This document shows positions 13,119-25,521 of a stretch of DNA of 64,000 bases, piece after piece (within the stretch, counting starts at the first letter, position 1; every line of letters begins with the position of its first letter). The position numbers and the translations under genes are program-made. The stretch covers positions 868,001 through 932,000 of the forward strand of contig OZ037840.1 in assembly GCA_964035575.1 (NCBI GenBank). The letters are read 5' to 3'. The stretch comes from Rhynchopus sp. YZ270_cl-10. Taxonomy: Eukaryota. The notes under the pieces are model-generated. The model was not told where the DNA came from. It was given only the letters and a program-made list of their open reading frames with translations, and made no database searches.

Positions 13119-13698
13119 TATTTCTTCTTCTCCTCCGATGTTGACGGACTACATCTCCATCTTCAAGAATTTGTCTTAATTATTTCCCCCCCATATGTCT
13201 GCGTCCGCCGAACAGTTAGACGTTTGCACTTCCAAATTATTTTTCTTTTTTTTCACCTTCTTCGATTCCCCCACCCCCTTAGAGGCAAGCGTATAAATGG
13301 TGTGATAGGAACGGAGCAGAAAACAGATTGTTTTTTGGGGGAGTTTTTGTTGAATGTGTGAGTTGACATAACAAAAAAAAAATGTCCCCTTTTGACCCCT
13401 CACCTGTAGTTAGGATATACCCTTGGGTCTTTCCCTGTCGACGCACCAATATGCCAATATCAGTGTCCCCTCTCCCCACTCCCTACTCCTCCCCCCTCCC
13501 CCCTCCTGTACTAGAGTTATGAACAATATTTATTAAAAAAAGGTCCCCCGCTTTTTGTTGTGACAGCAATTTTTTGTTTTGAGGAACCCCTGGGCTAGGA
13601 GCCTACACCGCACACACAGGCCCTAGTTCACCAGTGATCCCCGTTCGTCCACACACTATTTGCTCCCCCATCATCACCAAACAGTAATATCCACTAAA

Positions 13699-14685
13699 AT
13701 GCGTACCCTTTCCCTTGTTGTGTGTGCCCTCCTGGCGAGCCAGGCCCACGGGTACTCCGAGCAGTACGTGCGTGCGAACTCGCAGCTTCTGTGGAACACC
13801 TTCAAGGCCGACCACGGCAAGCAGTACTCGAGCATCGCGGAGGAGCAGCGCCGCTACGGGATCTTCACCGCCAACATGCTGAAGGCGTCCCGTTTCGAGA
13901 AGGAGCAGACCAAGGGAGCCCAGTTCGGGATGAACGTGTTCTCTGACATGTCTGCTGCTGAGTTCAAGTCGTACCACAACATGAAGGTGGAGAAGAAGCA
14001 GTCGCCCCCTGCCATGTTCACTGAGGAGCAGGTGGCTGCCGCTGCCGACTCGAAGGACTGGAGGTCGGCTGGTGCCGTGACCCACGTGAAGAACCAGGCA
14101 CAGTGCGGATCGTGCTGGGCGTTCTCCACGACCGGAGGCATTGAGGGCCAGTGGCAGCTGTCCGGCAAGACCCTGACCTCGGTGTCCGAGCAGGAGCTTG
14201 TGTCGTGCGACAAGGTCGACCAGGGCTGCAACGGAGGTCTGATGGACAACGCCCTGAAGTGGCTGATCTCGAACCACAACGGAGACATCGTGACTGAGGA
14301 CTCGTACCCTTACAAGTCGGGCACTGGCATCCGCCACACCTGCGAGTCTCTGACCGGCAAGCCCGTTGGAGCCACCATCTCGTCGTACAAGGACATCACC
14401 CACACCGAGGCACAGATGAAGGCCTTCGTCTCCACCGGAGGACCCCTCTCCATCGCCGTTGACGCCCAGAAGTGGCAGTCGTACTCTGGCGGAGTGCTGA
14501 CCACCTGCTGTGGAATCTTCGGATGCCAGCTGGACCACGGAGTGCTCATTGTCGGATACGGCGCTGACTACTGGATCATCAAGAACTCCTGGGGAACCAC
14601 CTGGGGAGAGTCTGGATACATCCGTGTGTCCTACGGCTCGAACGAATGCGGACTGAACGAGTCCCCTGTGACCTCGATTGTCTGA
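13699..14685 (+). CDS. Papain-family (C1A) cathepsin L/cruzipain-like cysteine peptidase with signal peptide and I29 prodomain; no C-terminal extension
   Basis: QCGSCWAFS, CNGGLM, LDHGVLIVGY and YWIIKNSWG motifs; ERFNIN-like and NVFSD prodomain motifs; strong GC3 codon bias. Confidence 0.97.
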   Translation: MRTLSLVVCALLASQAHGYSEQYVRANSQLLWNTFKADHGKQYSSIAEEQRRYGIFTANMLKASRFEKEQTKGAQFGMNVFSDMSAAEFKSYHNMKVEKKQSPPAMFTEEQVAAAADSKDWRSAGAVTHVKNQAQCGSCWAFSTTGGIEGQWQLSGKTLTSVSEQELVSCDKVDQGCNGGLMDNALKWLISNHNGDIVTEDSYPYKSGTGIRHTCESLTGKPVGATISSYKDITHTEAQMKAFVSTGGPLSIAVDAQKWQSYSGGVLTTCCGIFGCQLDHGVLIVGYGADYWIIKNSWGTTWGESGYIRVSYGSNECGLNESPVTSIV

Positions 14686-15254
14686 GCCTTCAGCCAGAGG
14701 TTGCATTCCGCGTGACCACCTTTTATGTGATCTCTTTTTGTGTTATTGTTTTGCCTTCTTTTTGTTACATTCCACTTTTTTATATTCCACAACGTACAGG
14801 CACACACACTCACATGAGGTGAGTTTGCCTTCTTATTTAGGTTCGAGAATCTGACCCAAGCACGAACGGCTTGGTCCATCTTGACAGCTTTACTCATTTG
14901 CCACACTTAGTGTTTTCGGCACTACGAGGGGAGGAACCACATCTCTCTTCCCCCACAACACCTCCGAACAACCACACTGTCGTGACACTGATACACACCC
15001 CTCCACGCTTTTCCCCTAACACCTCTCACCCCTTCATTCCCTCCACCCGGTTTTGGGTCATACTCAAAGAACCCTTTTCCCCCCTACCTTTCCACACAGG
15101 CTCCTCATTGTTACACACAGCCACAAGGGAGCATCTTCTCCATGTCGAAGTGAATGCCGTGCGCACGCAAGTAACCGGCTTTCCCCTTCCCAAAGCAAAC
15201 AGAGGACCCCCCCCTCCTGCTTTTCATTGCACCCCAAAGACCCCCCCTGCCGTG

Positions 15255-18200
15255 ATGTCGACACTCACAGACTATAAGGTACCAAAAACTTCATTTTTCC
15301 CTCCCTCCTTTCCCCCGCCTGGCGTCCAAGAAAGGTGCCAAAGTACCAAAAAGTCCCAACGGGGTTTTTTTTCCTTTATGACCATTACTTACTGGGCGTT
15401 TTGAAGAAAAGAACACAGTGGAGATTGCACAACTGTGGCAAAACAACCGAGGCAACTACACTACTCCAACAATTTATCAAAAAAACGCGTTAAGATGTGG
15501 GCACCAACTAAACAAAAGACGAATGGGGGGTTTCATTGTTTTGGGCACTACGTTCTTGAAACCCATGGATGCTACCAAAGCTACCCCCCCTCCATTCCCC
15601 AACCCCACTCTCAGTTCGGTGACAGCGAGTCTGTTGCCCCTATGGATGAGGCGGAGATAGACCGCAAGCACAAAGAGCTGCGCGACGTGACGGACACACG
15701 CATCCGTTCCCTAGAGGGCCTGCTGAAGCAGCGCGATGCCGACCTGCAGGCGAAGGAGGAGACGCTGGCGCTGGTCACGCAGGACTTCCACTACAACGTG
15801 AACCTGATCAAGGAGCGCGACGAAGAGCTGCAGAGCTTTGAAGACGCGACGGACAACATGCGGCAGGCCATCCATGAGCGGGATGAGGAGGCTGCGTCCC
15901 TCCGCGCACAGCTCGAGACTGCGCAAGAAGACGCCAAGACACAACGTGCGCACGCCGCAGAGCTTCAAGAACACTACCAAGGCCAGATGCTCGAAATCAA
16001 AACCGAGCGTGAAGCCCTCAAACGCCAGCACGAAACAGAGCTGCACACCCGCGATGACGAGATCCGCACCCTCACGAACCAACTCCAACAGCAGCGGTAT
16101 GGTGTACTCTTTTCCCTTTTCCTTAGGCATATCAGCCCTAGAACTTTGTTTTGTGCACCGCTGATAGGCTTCAGCACTTTCTGGATCACAACAAACGTCG
16201 AAAATGGAGCATCGCTCATCCAGCCCACTCTCTCCTCCCAAGCAAGTAGACGATTCCTGATTTTTTTTGTGAGAACTGGCCCCGTCGGAGTGGACCCTTT
16301 TTTGCCTTCCCTTGAAATCGCCTTCTTTTTGCACTGAGTAAAACAATTGTGGCAACAAATGTTGCAATGATGATGTCTTTTTGTCCATCCTCAGCGGGTC
16401 GCCTGATTACCATGCTACAACCAGTACTTTGTCCTGTATTTCCCCCGATGATTTATACATGGGAGACGTTCATCCATAATATTATTCACCACGCGAAAGT
16501 ATATTCCACACTTTGAAGTATCAAACCCGCATGCTCCTATCGAAAGCTGCCGAATTCTGTTCCAAAAAAACTCATCGATCGTGCTTCAATCTCCAGCTTT
16601 AATGATTGCTCTTGAGCAGGCCTGGCGAGGTCTTTCTTTTGTCTCGCGTGGTACCTCTGTCCACGCGAAGGTGCCTGCATTGATTTTATTTTTGATGCAC
16701 ATTTGTCAGTATACCATGAATCGCATTACCAAGCTTGTGGTGGCAGCGGGATATAGCCTGCTTTCTTCGCCGCAGCTCTTGCGCTGGCACAGTGAAGGCT
16801 TTTCGCAGAAGCAATCACCTGCCAAGCCTTCGGGAACACATCCACCAGGTAATTGCGAACCAGAGCTAAACTCAACTTATGGTTCGCGCACCATATATAA
16901 AATAAATGGCCATAAAGGCCCTTGCATACACCCGACATCGTGTGTGTGCCGTCTAGTGCGGCACACACAAATTTCTCACTGGGCAGGGCGGTTCCTTAAG
17001 CAGTTCGCAGCACGGTGACGAGGTGTTCCCCAAGAGCTGCTGCTTTGGTGTCCGTTACTGTACGTAAGTCCCGGAAGCGCTCCCACAGCTCGCCGTCGCG
17101 GTAGCACCCCCTGAGGAAGACGGACATCATCTCCTCTCTTCCGGAACGCCTCTTCTCTCCCTCGTCCGCCATGACACAAGTACTTGTGTCGAGGACCCGG
17201 TTCTCTATCTTGCGCCTGCGCACGTCGTAGATGCACCCACGTTGTTGACGCAATGTTGCGACGCAGTACAGGACACTCACTTTTTCTTTCAGAGCAAGGC
17301 TTTGATGTTGTAGCTGGCATGGTCCCTCATCAAGTAGGAGAGGCACCTGTCTCCCGGAGCAGCCTGTCGAGCTCCTTGCCCACAACTGCATGATCGGGGG
17401 TTTTACCCCCTTCGATGTAACTCGGGTTGAGCCAGTACTCCCCACTTCTCGATGCCTTTTCTGAACGGATTTTGACTGTTTTACGGGGTCGAATATAAGC
17501 AACACCTCACCCCCCCCTCACGGAGTGTCTTTTTTTTTTTTTGAAATTCATTTCTTTAACTTATTACCTTTTATCACAGCACGGACCTTTTCAAAGAAGC
17601 GGAGACAAAGATTGACAAACACATCACCGGGTTTTCTGCGCAGATATCTGAGAAGGAGACTGTCTATCGCAACCGCGAGGGCGACCTACAGGAGCAGCTC
17701 CAGCAGAAGCTCGAGCGCATCAACGCCCTCTCCCTCGAGGTGCAGCACGGCGCAAACGCTGCGGAGAAGCTTCGCTCTGAGCTCCTCGAAAAAAACCAAG
17801 AGATTGCGGATATGGACTCCAAGCTCACTGCCTTAGGCGAACTCCATGCACAGCAGATATCAGAAATCCACGCAGGCCTAGACAGCGAAGTCACAGAACG
17901 GTGCAGATCTTTGCAGAAGGAGGTGAACAACGCAGAGCAGCTCCTCCAACAGGAGACACAACGGAGCAATGCGCTTGAAACCTCACTCGAACAGACCAAA
18001 CAGAATGTCATCACCAATGAGGACCGCCTCGTTGCGAAGGATGCAGAAATTCGCGATCTCCAAAACGCATTGACAGAACAAAAACTTCGCGCCGAAAACG
18101 ACCGTACAGAATCACTCAAAGACCACGACACACACCGCCAGGAGGTCGTCACCCTCCAACTTGCGACCCAAAAATTGGAGCTCAAAAACGAATCGTTGTC

Positions 18201-21200
18201 CGAAAATCTTCAATCCCGAAACACTGAGGTTGGCGAGCTCAAAATCGAGGTGGAGAGGCTAAAATCAGAGGTTCTCTTGGTTACCAAGGATCAAAGCCAT
18301 TCGCAGGCTATGCTGGAGTCCTGCAGAGAGAGGTTGAAATCTGGCGAGCAGGATAGCTCTGACCTATTAGGAGCCAAGCTGCAGCTCCGAGAAAGCGAGG
18401 CGAACCGGCGGAGAGAGGAGGAAAAGGTTGAGGAGATGGCACTTCGTCTCCAAGACGCGGCGCGGCAGATTAGCAGTCTGCAGACCGCTGTCGAGACCAC
18501 AAGCGAGCTTCACACCCTCCGCGCACAACAGCCCCACAACGCCCCCCGCCCCCGCCAGAACGACTCCCTCCACGCACCGCATCTCCACGATGTCTCCTCC
18601 ATCAACGCATGGCCCACCTCCACTGTCTCCCCCTTCCCAGCTCCCTTAGACTCTTCAGGAAGTGAGTACGGTCCTATCGCGGCGTCGCCGTTTGCAGAAC
18701 CGAAGGGTACGCCACCCCTCCCGAATCAAAACGTCGCGCATCTTGTCAACGCGGTCGCAGAACAGCGGACGTTGGTTGATGAATTGAAAAAGAAAAATAG
18801 AGTTTTGGCGGAACAAAATGCGAGAATCAGAGATCAGGTCAAACAGTTTACATCGGATATGGCGGCTGAGCCGATTGTAAAAAACGCGACCCGCTTGCAA
18901 GCGGAGAATGAGGATTTGAAAAGGGAGTTGAAACAGCTGAAGGCGGAGATAGAATCTCTTAGCGCTGACGTTGCGACGTCGCGCATTGCCGCACGGTCTT
19001 CAAATAGTGGACAGCATGGTGACATCATTCCCAAGCTTACCTCAGAATTACTATCGCTCAGGGAAGATCTGGACGCAGAGCGCAAACGCTGTAAGCTCTA
19101 TGAAGCCTTGGCGTCAGGGAGAAGGGGGGACAGAGAGGACAGAAGAGGGGACAGTGGTGAGGATGACGGGCGCTACAGAAGAAAGTATGAGAAGGTGAAG
19201 ATCGCACACCACGCGGTGGTGAAGGAGAACCGCGAGCTAAAAGCGAAAATTGGCCAGGCAAAGCAGGATATCCAGCGTGTAGTAGGGGAGAAGGAGGCGC
19301 TGCTGGAAATAAAGTATGTGCAAAAAAAAAAAAAAAAAACATTACAGTGGACAGGGCTCTCAAGATCCTCCACGAAAAAAGCAGAATTTTCGAAATGAGG
19401 AGGATTTCATTTTTGCAAAAAAAACCCCCAAAAATGCTCGAGAGACTCGTTCCTCTTTGCTTGTTGCTCAAAAGACTATAAACGGGGGGGAAAAAAGTAA
19501 AAGTTGTTTGTTGTTCGCTTCCACAAACGTCAGGGTCAATTTCCTGTGTGGGTGGGGTGGGGGTGACGTGTTTTTTCCAACAACACTCCGGGCATCGGAA
19601 TGTGTCGGCGGTGAAGTTATCTAACACCACCTGCCTGATATGTGCCGGTACGCACTTCTTCAGGCAGGTCACCGACGACGCCTTTCCACAATCTCGGCAT
19701 CGTGCCCCCGCATGTTGCTGCGTGCAGGTGCCAAAGCTGCATCCTGGGACATCGTCTGCGCGGGGGTCGTCCGCCTCCACCGACAAAGGGATCGCGTCCC
19801 AGTCCACCGAGTCAATGCCGGGGTAGTCGGACATTAGGAGGTAGGATAGGTGCGAGGTTAGGTTCTTTTGTTGATAGGTTTCTTTCTAGCTCGCCGGCCG
19901 GATTTTTTTTTGTTGATAGGTTTCGTTCTGGCTCTCAGGCCGGTTTTCTTGTTTTGTTGATGGTTTTCGATTCTAGCTCTCAGGCCGGTTTTTTGCTGAT
20001 GGTTTTCGATTTCTAGCTCTCAGGCCGGTTTTTTTTGTTGATAGGTTTCGTTCTGGCTCTCAGGCCGGTTTTTTTGTTTTGTTGATGGTTTTCGATTCTA
20101 GCTCTCAGGCCGGTTTTTTGCTGATGGTTTTCGATTTCTAGCTTGTTGATCGCATCCATCCTCGTCCGTACTTCAGGAAAAGCACACAGCACTTTTGGTG
20201 GTATTGAAATGCCCTGTGAAACCGTCCGCACTTTTTTTTTTTTTTTTTTCAAACCCCAAAAGTCCCGAAAACCCCGAAAAACCCGCGTCCTGAAGTACGG
20301 TGGAGAGGTGGAGCACAAGGGGGGAAGGGGAAAACGGTAAAACTCATGACAATCGACGAGCGCGTCTTTCATTTCCAGACGTATTGCATACTCGTACAAA
20401 ATGAAATACCCCCCCTTCTTTGTTTATTCGTTGTTTGTTGTTTGTTGATCGCATCCATCAGGACCCTTAATAGGGACGCGCAGCGCTCTCGAAGAGAGAA
20501 GTGATCGCCTGTAGCTGCTCGTTTGTCTTCGCTTTGTCTCCTCTGGTGAATCGGTCCGCTCTCTGCTGTTTTGTCCCCACGTGAGCGCACCTCAGGGTCA
20601 TCCCGTTCTGCTTTGCCGCCGCAAACATCTCCGACAGAATGGCGTTCGCCGCAAAGTTGCTGCTGTGTCCCCGCTCAATGCAGAAGACGGCAGACAAGTT
20701 GTCGACCTTCATGTGTACAGTGCACGCGCTGGTGTATTTTGCCGCCAATAGCACAGACTTAGCTGCCGCATACAGCTCCTTCAGGAAGATTGAGGTGTCC
20801 TCGTGGCCTGCGCCGAACGTTCCCTGCGCAACCTTCTCGTCTTCGTCGTCTTCCAGGATTGCTGCCCACTCTGCTTTTGAGGCGTCTGACCACACTGTGA
20901 TTGTCTTAGTGGGGGGTTGTAGGATCCAGCTGTTTGTCGTCATCAATGATATCCGCTTTCGCACTTCAAAAATCACACTGGGAGGTACTTCGACATGTAT
21001 GGATGGATGCGATCAACAAACAACAAACAACGAATAAACAAAGAAGGGGGGGTATTTCATTTTTTTTTTTCTTCTTCGACTTGATTTACGATATGGTTGT
21101 GTTTGCCTGAAGTACAGAAAGTGTCGTGGAGCACAGGGGGGAAAAGAAGGGGAAACAAGCGGGGAGCGGGATACGCAGACGCGCGACTTTTCACGAGGGT

Positions 21201-23017
21201 CTCGAGCATTTTGTCAAATACTACGTGTTTACTAAAAAAAAAAATTTTCCCCCCGCAACAAGCGGTCGTCGCGCGCTTCGCGCGCGCCTCCCTGACAGCC
21301 ACAGAGCGGAGAGGCGGGTCAATTTTGCGAGATGATAAAAACGGGAATCTAATCCTTTCTCTTGCACCATACGCTCCGCGAACCGTACAAAACCCATACG
21401 TCTACCTCCAATACGTGCAAAATGCAAGGGTATCCAAAGACATTGCCAACTCTATTTTTTTTGCGGAGCAAAAAAATATAAATGGCGCCGCAGGCGAAAA
21501 AAAATTAGGGTACGGTGTAAAAATGCTTCCTTTTACACCACATAATCACTCAACGAACCCTTTTTTTGAGTAGCAAAAAATGAAAATGGCGCCGCAGGCA
21601 AATTTTTTTTAAGGTGCAGCCCTGGACGGTGCATACAGGCTCGGGAAAATATTGGCTCCCTCGGGGGAGACAAAGTGACCCCCCACTATAAAACCCCTAG
21701 GAGGATAATCCTCCACCCGAGCCCGCCAAAAAAAAAAAAAAAATGGAGGGAATCCTCCACCAAAAAAGCCTTAAAAAAAAAAAAAAGCCCCTGGAGGAAA
21801 TATCCTCCCCTACGTGGAGGATCTTGAGAGCACTGACAGTGGAGATTGCACAACTGTGGCAACACAAACCGAGGCAACTACACTCCAACAATTTATCAAA
21901 AAAAGAAGAAACAAAAAACGTAAAGATAATGTGTTTCGTCGTGATTTTAATTAGTGAAGGGGGAAGGGAAATAAAAATGGCGTGTTTCGGTATTGGGAGG
22001 TTCGGTGAACATTTGCTGGTCTGCAGTTTCTCGGTATTCGCAACTGCGAGGTCGTGTGTGGCCGTTTTTACGAAGTGTTGGTCGACATCTTTTTTTTATT
22101 GGACAGTCAGTCCAAAATACGTGAGTACAGTACGCGCACGTCGGGACGGTTTGCTGCGAATGTGGGTACTAAGCCTTCTTCCATTTCGGACTGTTTGTGC
22201 ATCTGTTGGGGCTATCCCCGACCTCTTTGCAAGACTCCTTACTGAAGGTGTTCTGGTACTCTTTTTCTTCAGCCTTGTGTGGAGCATCGCCAGGAGAGGC
22301 TCGTCACTTAGAGAGGGGTTTTCTTGCACGGGGCTTGCTGTGTCGCTCCCCATCTGCCTCAATGAGTTCACAAAGGAGCTGTTGTGGACTCTTCTGCTTC
22401 CTCCAGAGTAGTCTCTTTGTCGGTTTTCTTAGCCATGATGATGAACGCAACCTTGCGCCGTACGGAGATGGTGTGGGTCTCCTTCTTTCACAAATGTCTC
22501 CGTCTTTTTTTCTTCATTCTTTTTGGCTCCATTTCGGAGTCCTCCTGATTCCGCTTCCGCTTCAACGCCTTTCTCTTCTCTAAGCGTCGCGTTCCACCCA
22601 GCATCCTTCGCTACCCAGCGCACGGAACCTCTTTTTTCACCTCTTCTTCAGCGTGACTTCCCTCGGATATATTTGTTGTATTTTTTTTTATTGTAACGAA
22701 CTGCTTTTCTTGTGTATTTTTCTCTTGAGTGTGAAGGATCAACATTAGAACGAGAGGGGGGGGAATAAGAAGGGTTGAATTGAACCATAAAAAACCCGAA
22801 AACACTTCAAGTACTTTAGACATCTATGACCCATTTCAAGGAAACAAATTTAAAAGGGACCTTGTGTACAGGGCCCGTCCTCAGACGGTGACTGCCGAAA
22901 CTACAAAAACACACACCACTCAACTACCACAGCAACCGGATGAGGGCAGATATCAACAAATTCAGCCTCAGGGAGGCTGTGCGGGACACGTCGCGACCTA
23001 GTAGGCATGTGAAATAA
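15255..23017 (+). CDS. CCDC57-like coiled-coil protein; exons 15255-15278 (tentative), 15615-16096, 17580-19313, 22933-23017
   Basis: DFHYNVNLIKERDEEL and, after splicing, LLEINNRMRADI resemble CCDC57 conserved blocks; GT-AG junctions (15279-15614, 16097-17579, 19314-22932) all keep frame. Confidence 0.75.
16140..17320 (-). pseudogene. Degraded hAT (Tip100/ZMYM-DUF4371-like) transposase inside intron 2 of the CCDC57-like gene
   Basis: Fragments CVMADE...EEMMSVFLR...ERFRDL...DTKAAALGEHL and ALDGTHTMSG...IWCANHKLSLAL (D, D and CxxH motifs), broken by stops. Confidence 0.75.
19520..19834 (-). pseudogene. PHD-like Cys/His finger fragment, likely retroelement-derived
   Basis: CSFGTC...CRDC...CLKKC...FRCPECC spacing. 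Confidence 0.4.
19870..20143. repeat. Tandem ~40-bp repeats (TAGCTCTCAGGCCGGTTTTTTG...)
   Basis: About 6-7 visible imperfect units. Confidence 0.85.
20467..20976 (-). pseudogene. RNase H fragment of a DIRS/tyrosine-recombinase-type retrotransposon
   Basis: VWSDAS...IFLKELYAA...VDNLSAV...RGHS...HVGTKQQRADRFTR matches DIRS-type RNase HI motifs. Confidence 0.8.
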
Positions 23018-23238
23018 AATGTGTGAATTTAGTTTGTAGTTTTTGGGGTCGTCTTTTTGTCTTTTGTCTTTGTTTTTTGGCTTCACGCAGATTTCCTCTT
23101 CACGGCCAAGGTACTCAGTGGGAGCGTGTTGTAAAAATATCAACACAGAATATTTATTGCACCCTTTACGCACAAAAGCGTATGACGTGGGTAGCGTACC
23201 AACTAAACAAGAGGACGAACGGGGTTTTTATTATTTTT

Positions 23239-24028
23239 ATTACCGCTTGAGACCATGAATTTCACGCCCCTTAACAAAATCGTTAAGAGGGGCGTGTAAT
23301 TTATTTTCCAGTATTACACGCTCAAAAAATAAATTACACGCTCGAAAAATAAATTACACGCTCAGAAAATCGTAGAACTGAACTCTCGAAAATTTTTTTG
23401 GAGGCCTTTGGAGGCCCAATTTTGCAATTAAAGCCAGAAAAGAGCCATTTTGAGCCATTATAGGGGTCTCAAACGCATTTTTGAGTTAATTTTCTGCAAC
23501 ACACAAACCACAGATTCACACGTTTTTTTTTTCAAATTTTCATCGAAAAATCCCAATGAGACCTCCAAAACGTGCGAGGGCACCTTTGGAGAGTGAGTCC
23601 GACACGAGTACAAGTGTCATCACACAGGACGGGGATGTCCCCATGGCACAAACACCACACATACCGGGGGGGTATGGTGGGGGGTCACAGTGAATATCAA
23701 CATCGTGATATCCTAGCTAAAGTTCTGGCTCAAGACGCGCCGTCCAGCGCTAAGAGGCCCACATAAAAAAACTGGATCAAAAGTCATCATCAAAAGTACC
23801 CCACCACCCTCATCTCTATGTACGTAAAAACGGGTTGTGAAATTCATGGTCTCACTTGGTGATAAAATAACATATTACCGTGAATTTATACCAGTATTTC
23901 ACTTACAGGTGGAAACAGCCCTCGGGGTAGCATTTTTGCCCTCGGGCTTCGCCCTCGGACAAAAATGCTGCCCCCTCGGGCTGTTTCCACCTGTGCGTGA
24001 AATACTGGAATACAAATTCACGGTAATA
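23239..24028. mobile_element. Non-autonomous element with subterminal inverted repeats plus a long 3' hairpin
   Basis: TGAGACCATGAATTTCAC (23248) / GTGAAATTCATGGTCTCA (23837); imperfect ~155-bp palindrome 23873-24028 centred on GGGCTTCGCCC. Confidence 0.6.
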
Positions 24029-24635
24029 ATATATATTATTGAGCATCTGTTTGAGTGTAGCCACTTTCAGACAGGTCGTTTCCCTACGAGGAGTTTTTGG
24101 TACACTGTCACGAGAGGGCTGTTGTATTTCAAGTCAACTTTTTTTTCTTCCAGATGTAAACCACGAAAATGGATGTAGCACTGCATGGTTAAGATCCACC
24201 CCCCCACGGTGCATCCGAAGGTACACTGTTCACGAGAGGGCTTTTCTATTTTCAAAATCAAGTTTTCTTCGATAACCCCCTTTTTAACTCCCTTTCTTTC
24301 CCCTTTAGACTCTCTATCCCCCCCTTTTTTTTTTCTCCTCCCTCCAGTTTTTCCCCCCAACAATTATGTACAAAAAAAATAAATACGAAAAATTTCAAAT
24401 GTTTATTTTCTCCTGCCCCTCTCTCAACTCCCTCAAACCTCTCAAACCTCTCAAAAAACCCCCCCTCTACAGTTTTACACAACACACAAAGTTTTTTTTT
24501 CTCTTCCTGAAGACTCAGTGCCCTCCCCTTTATTTTTGTCTTCTCTTTTTTCTCTCTCTCTTTTCCCGCAGCCTGCCTCTATCAGAGGTCACTCAGGTAA
24601 TCGGAAAAAAAAAAGGATTTACAATTCAGAAACGG

Positions 24636-24863
24636 ATGTCTACGGTTCATGCGTCGGATACGATCACTTCTGCTACACCAGCGGAGACAAGCTACATGTC
24701 GCACCACGACTTACCGGAGCTTATGGAGACAATGGTCAGCCACCTGATTACCACGCAACCTAAGGAGCCTGCGCACGCTTTAATTGCATTTCTTTGCCGT
24801 CATCAAGGCATTGCACCCCCAGCAGGGCTGATAGAAACTGCACGCAATCCTGGTGGGTTATGA
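24636..24863 (+). CDS. Small protein with RIIa/Dpy-30-like dimerisation-docking (D/D) domain
   Basis: YMSHHDLPELMETMVSHLITTQPKEPAHALIAFL fits the D/D pattern; pyrimidine-rich tract upstream. Confidence 0.6.
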   Translation: MSTVHASDTITSATPAETSYMSHHDLPELMETMVSHLITTQPKEPAHALIAFLCRHQGIAPPAGLIETARNPGGL

Positions 24864-24960
24864 TTTTTAAAAAAATCAGAAGGGGGGGGGAAAGGAAAAA
24901 AAATTGTATAGTGGAGCACACTCTAGGGTGGCTACACTAATACAACCAAGTTTTTTTTTT

Positions 24961-24995
<35 letters not shown>

Positions 24996-25521
24996 CTGGT
25001 AGATCCGATTGTGCGCCGGTCTGACAAAACCCTAGCCTCTCCCTCCCCCTTGTTTTTGAGGTGACGTTTTTTTGAATCGTGTGAATATATATCTTTCTTT
25101 TTGGAGTGGTGTAGAAAAGCAAATCAAAAACAAAAGAAAACAAAAAAAACAAAAAATGACAGATATCTCCTTGCACTCTGTAGAGAAATGTTCCTTGGAG
25201 AGGGGTGGGGAGGGGGAGGGGGAGGGGTAAGCGAAAGTGATGTTAGGCCTTCTGGTTTTGAATAAAGACAAAAGGAAGGTGTTGGAAGAAAAAAAATACA
25301 CAAAATTTGTACCGTTTTGCCTATGACACTACTGGGCACAACTAGCACCATACTCACCTGAGCTGTGCCTATATTAGGCACAATTCCAGTACAGTTTCAG
25401 CACAAGTACACACAACTAACCACAACTAACCACAATTACACACAATTACACCGAAATTACGCTGGGGAAAAAAATGGTACACCACCCTACAGGGAAGCAT
25501 GCCACCACATGTAAGTGACCT

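Larger units (their letters stand above)
19352..21835. mobile_element. Non-autonomous hAT-type element (2.48 kb) in intron 3
   Basis: CAGGGCTCTCAAGATCCTCCACG...CGTGGAGGATCTTGAGAGCACTG TIRs with exact 8-bp TSD ACAGTGGA. Confidence 0.9.

Noticed and set aside
13603..14706. 367-aa antisense ORF over the protease (and similar antisense ORFs over cyclases and the PDZ gene)
   Set aside because: Shadow ORFs caused by codon bias of the sense gene
22096..22371. Possible HTH of a Tc1-like transposase (SVRSLAKRSGIAP)
   Set aside because: Short and interrupted, with no DDE motifs or termini found
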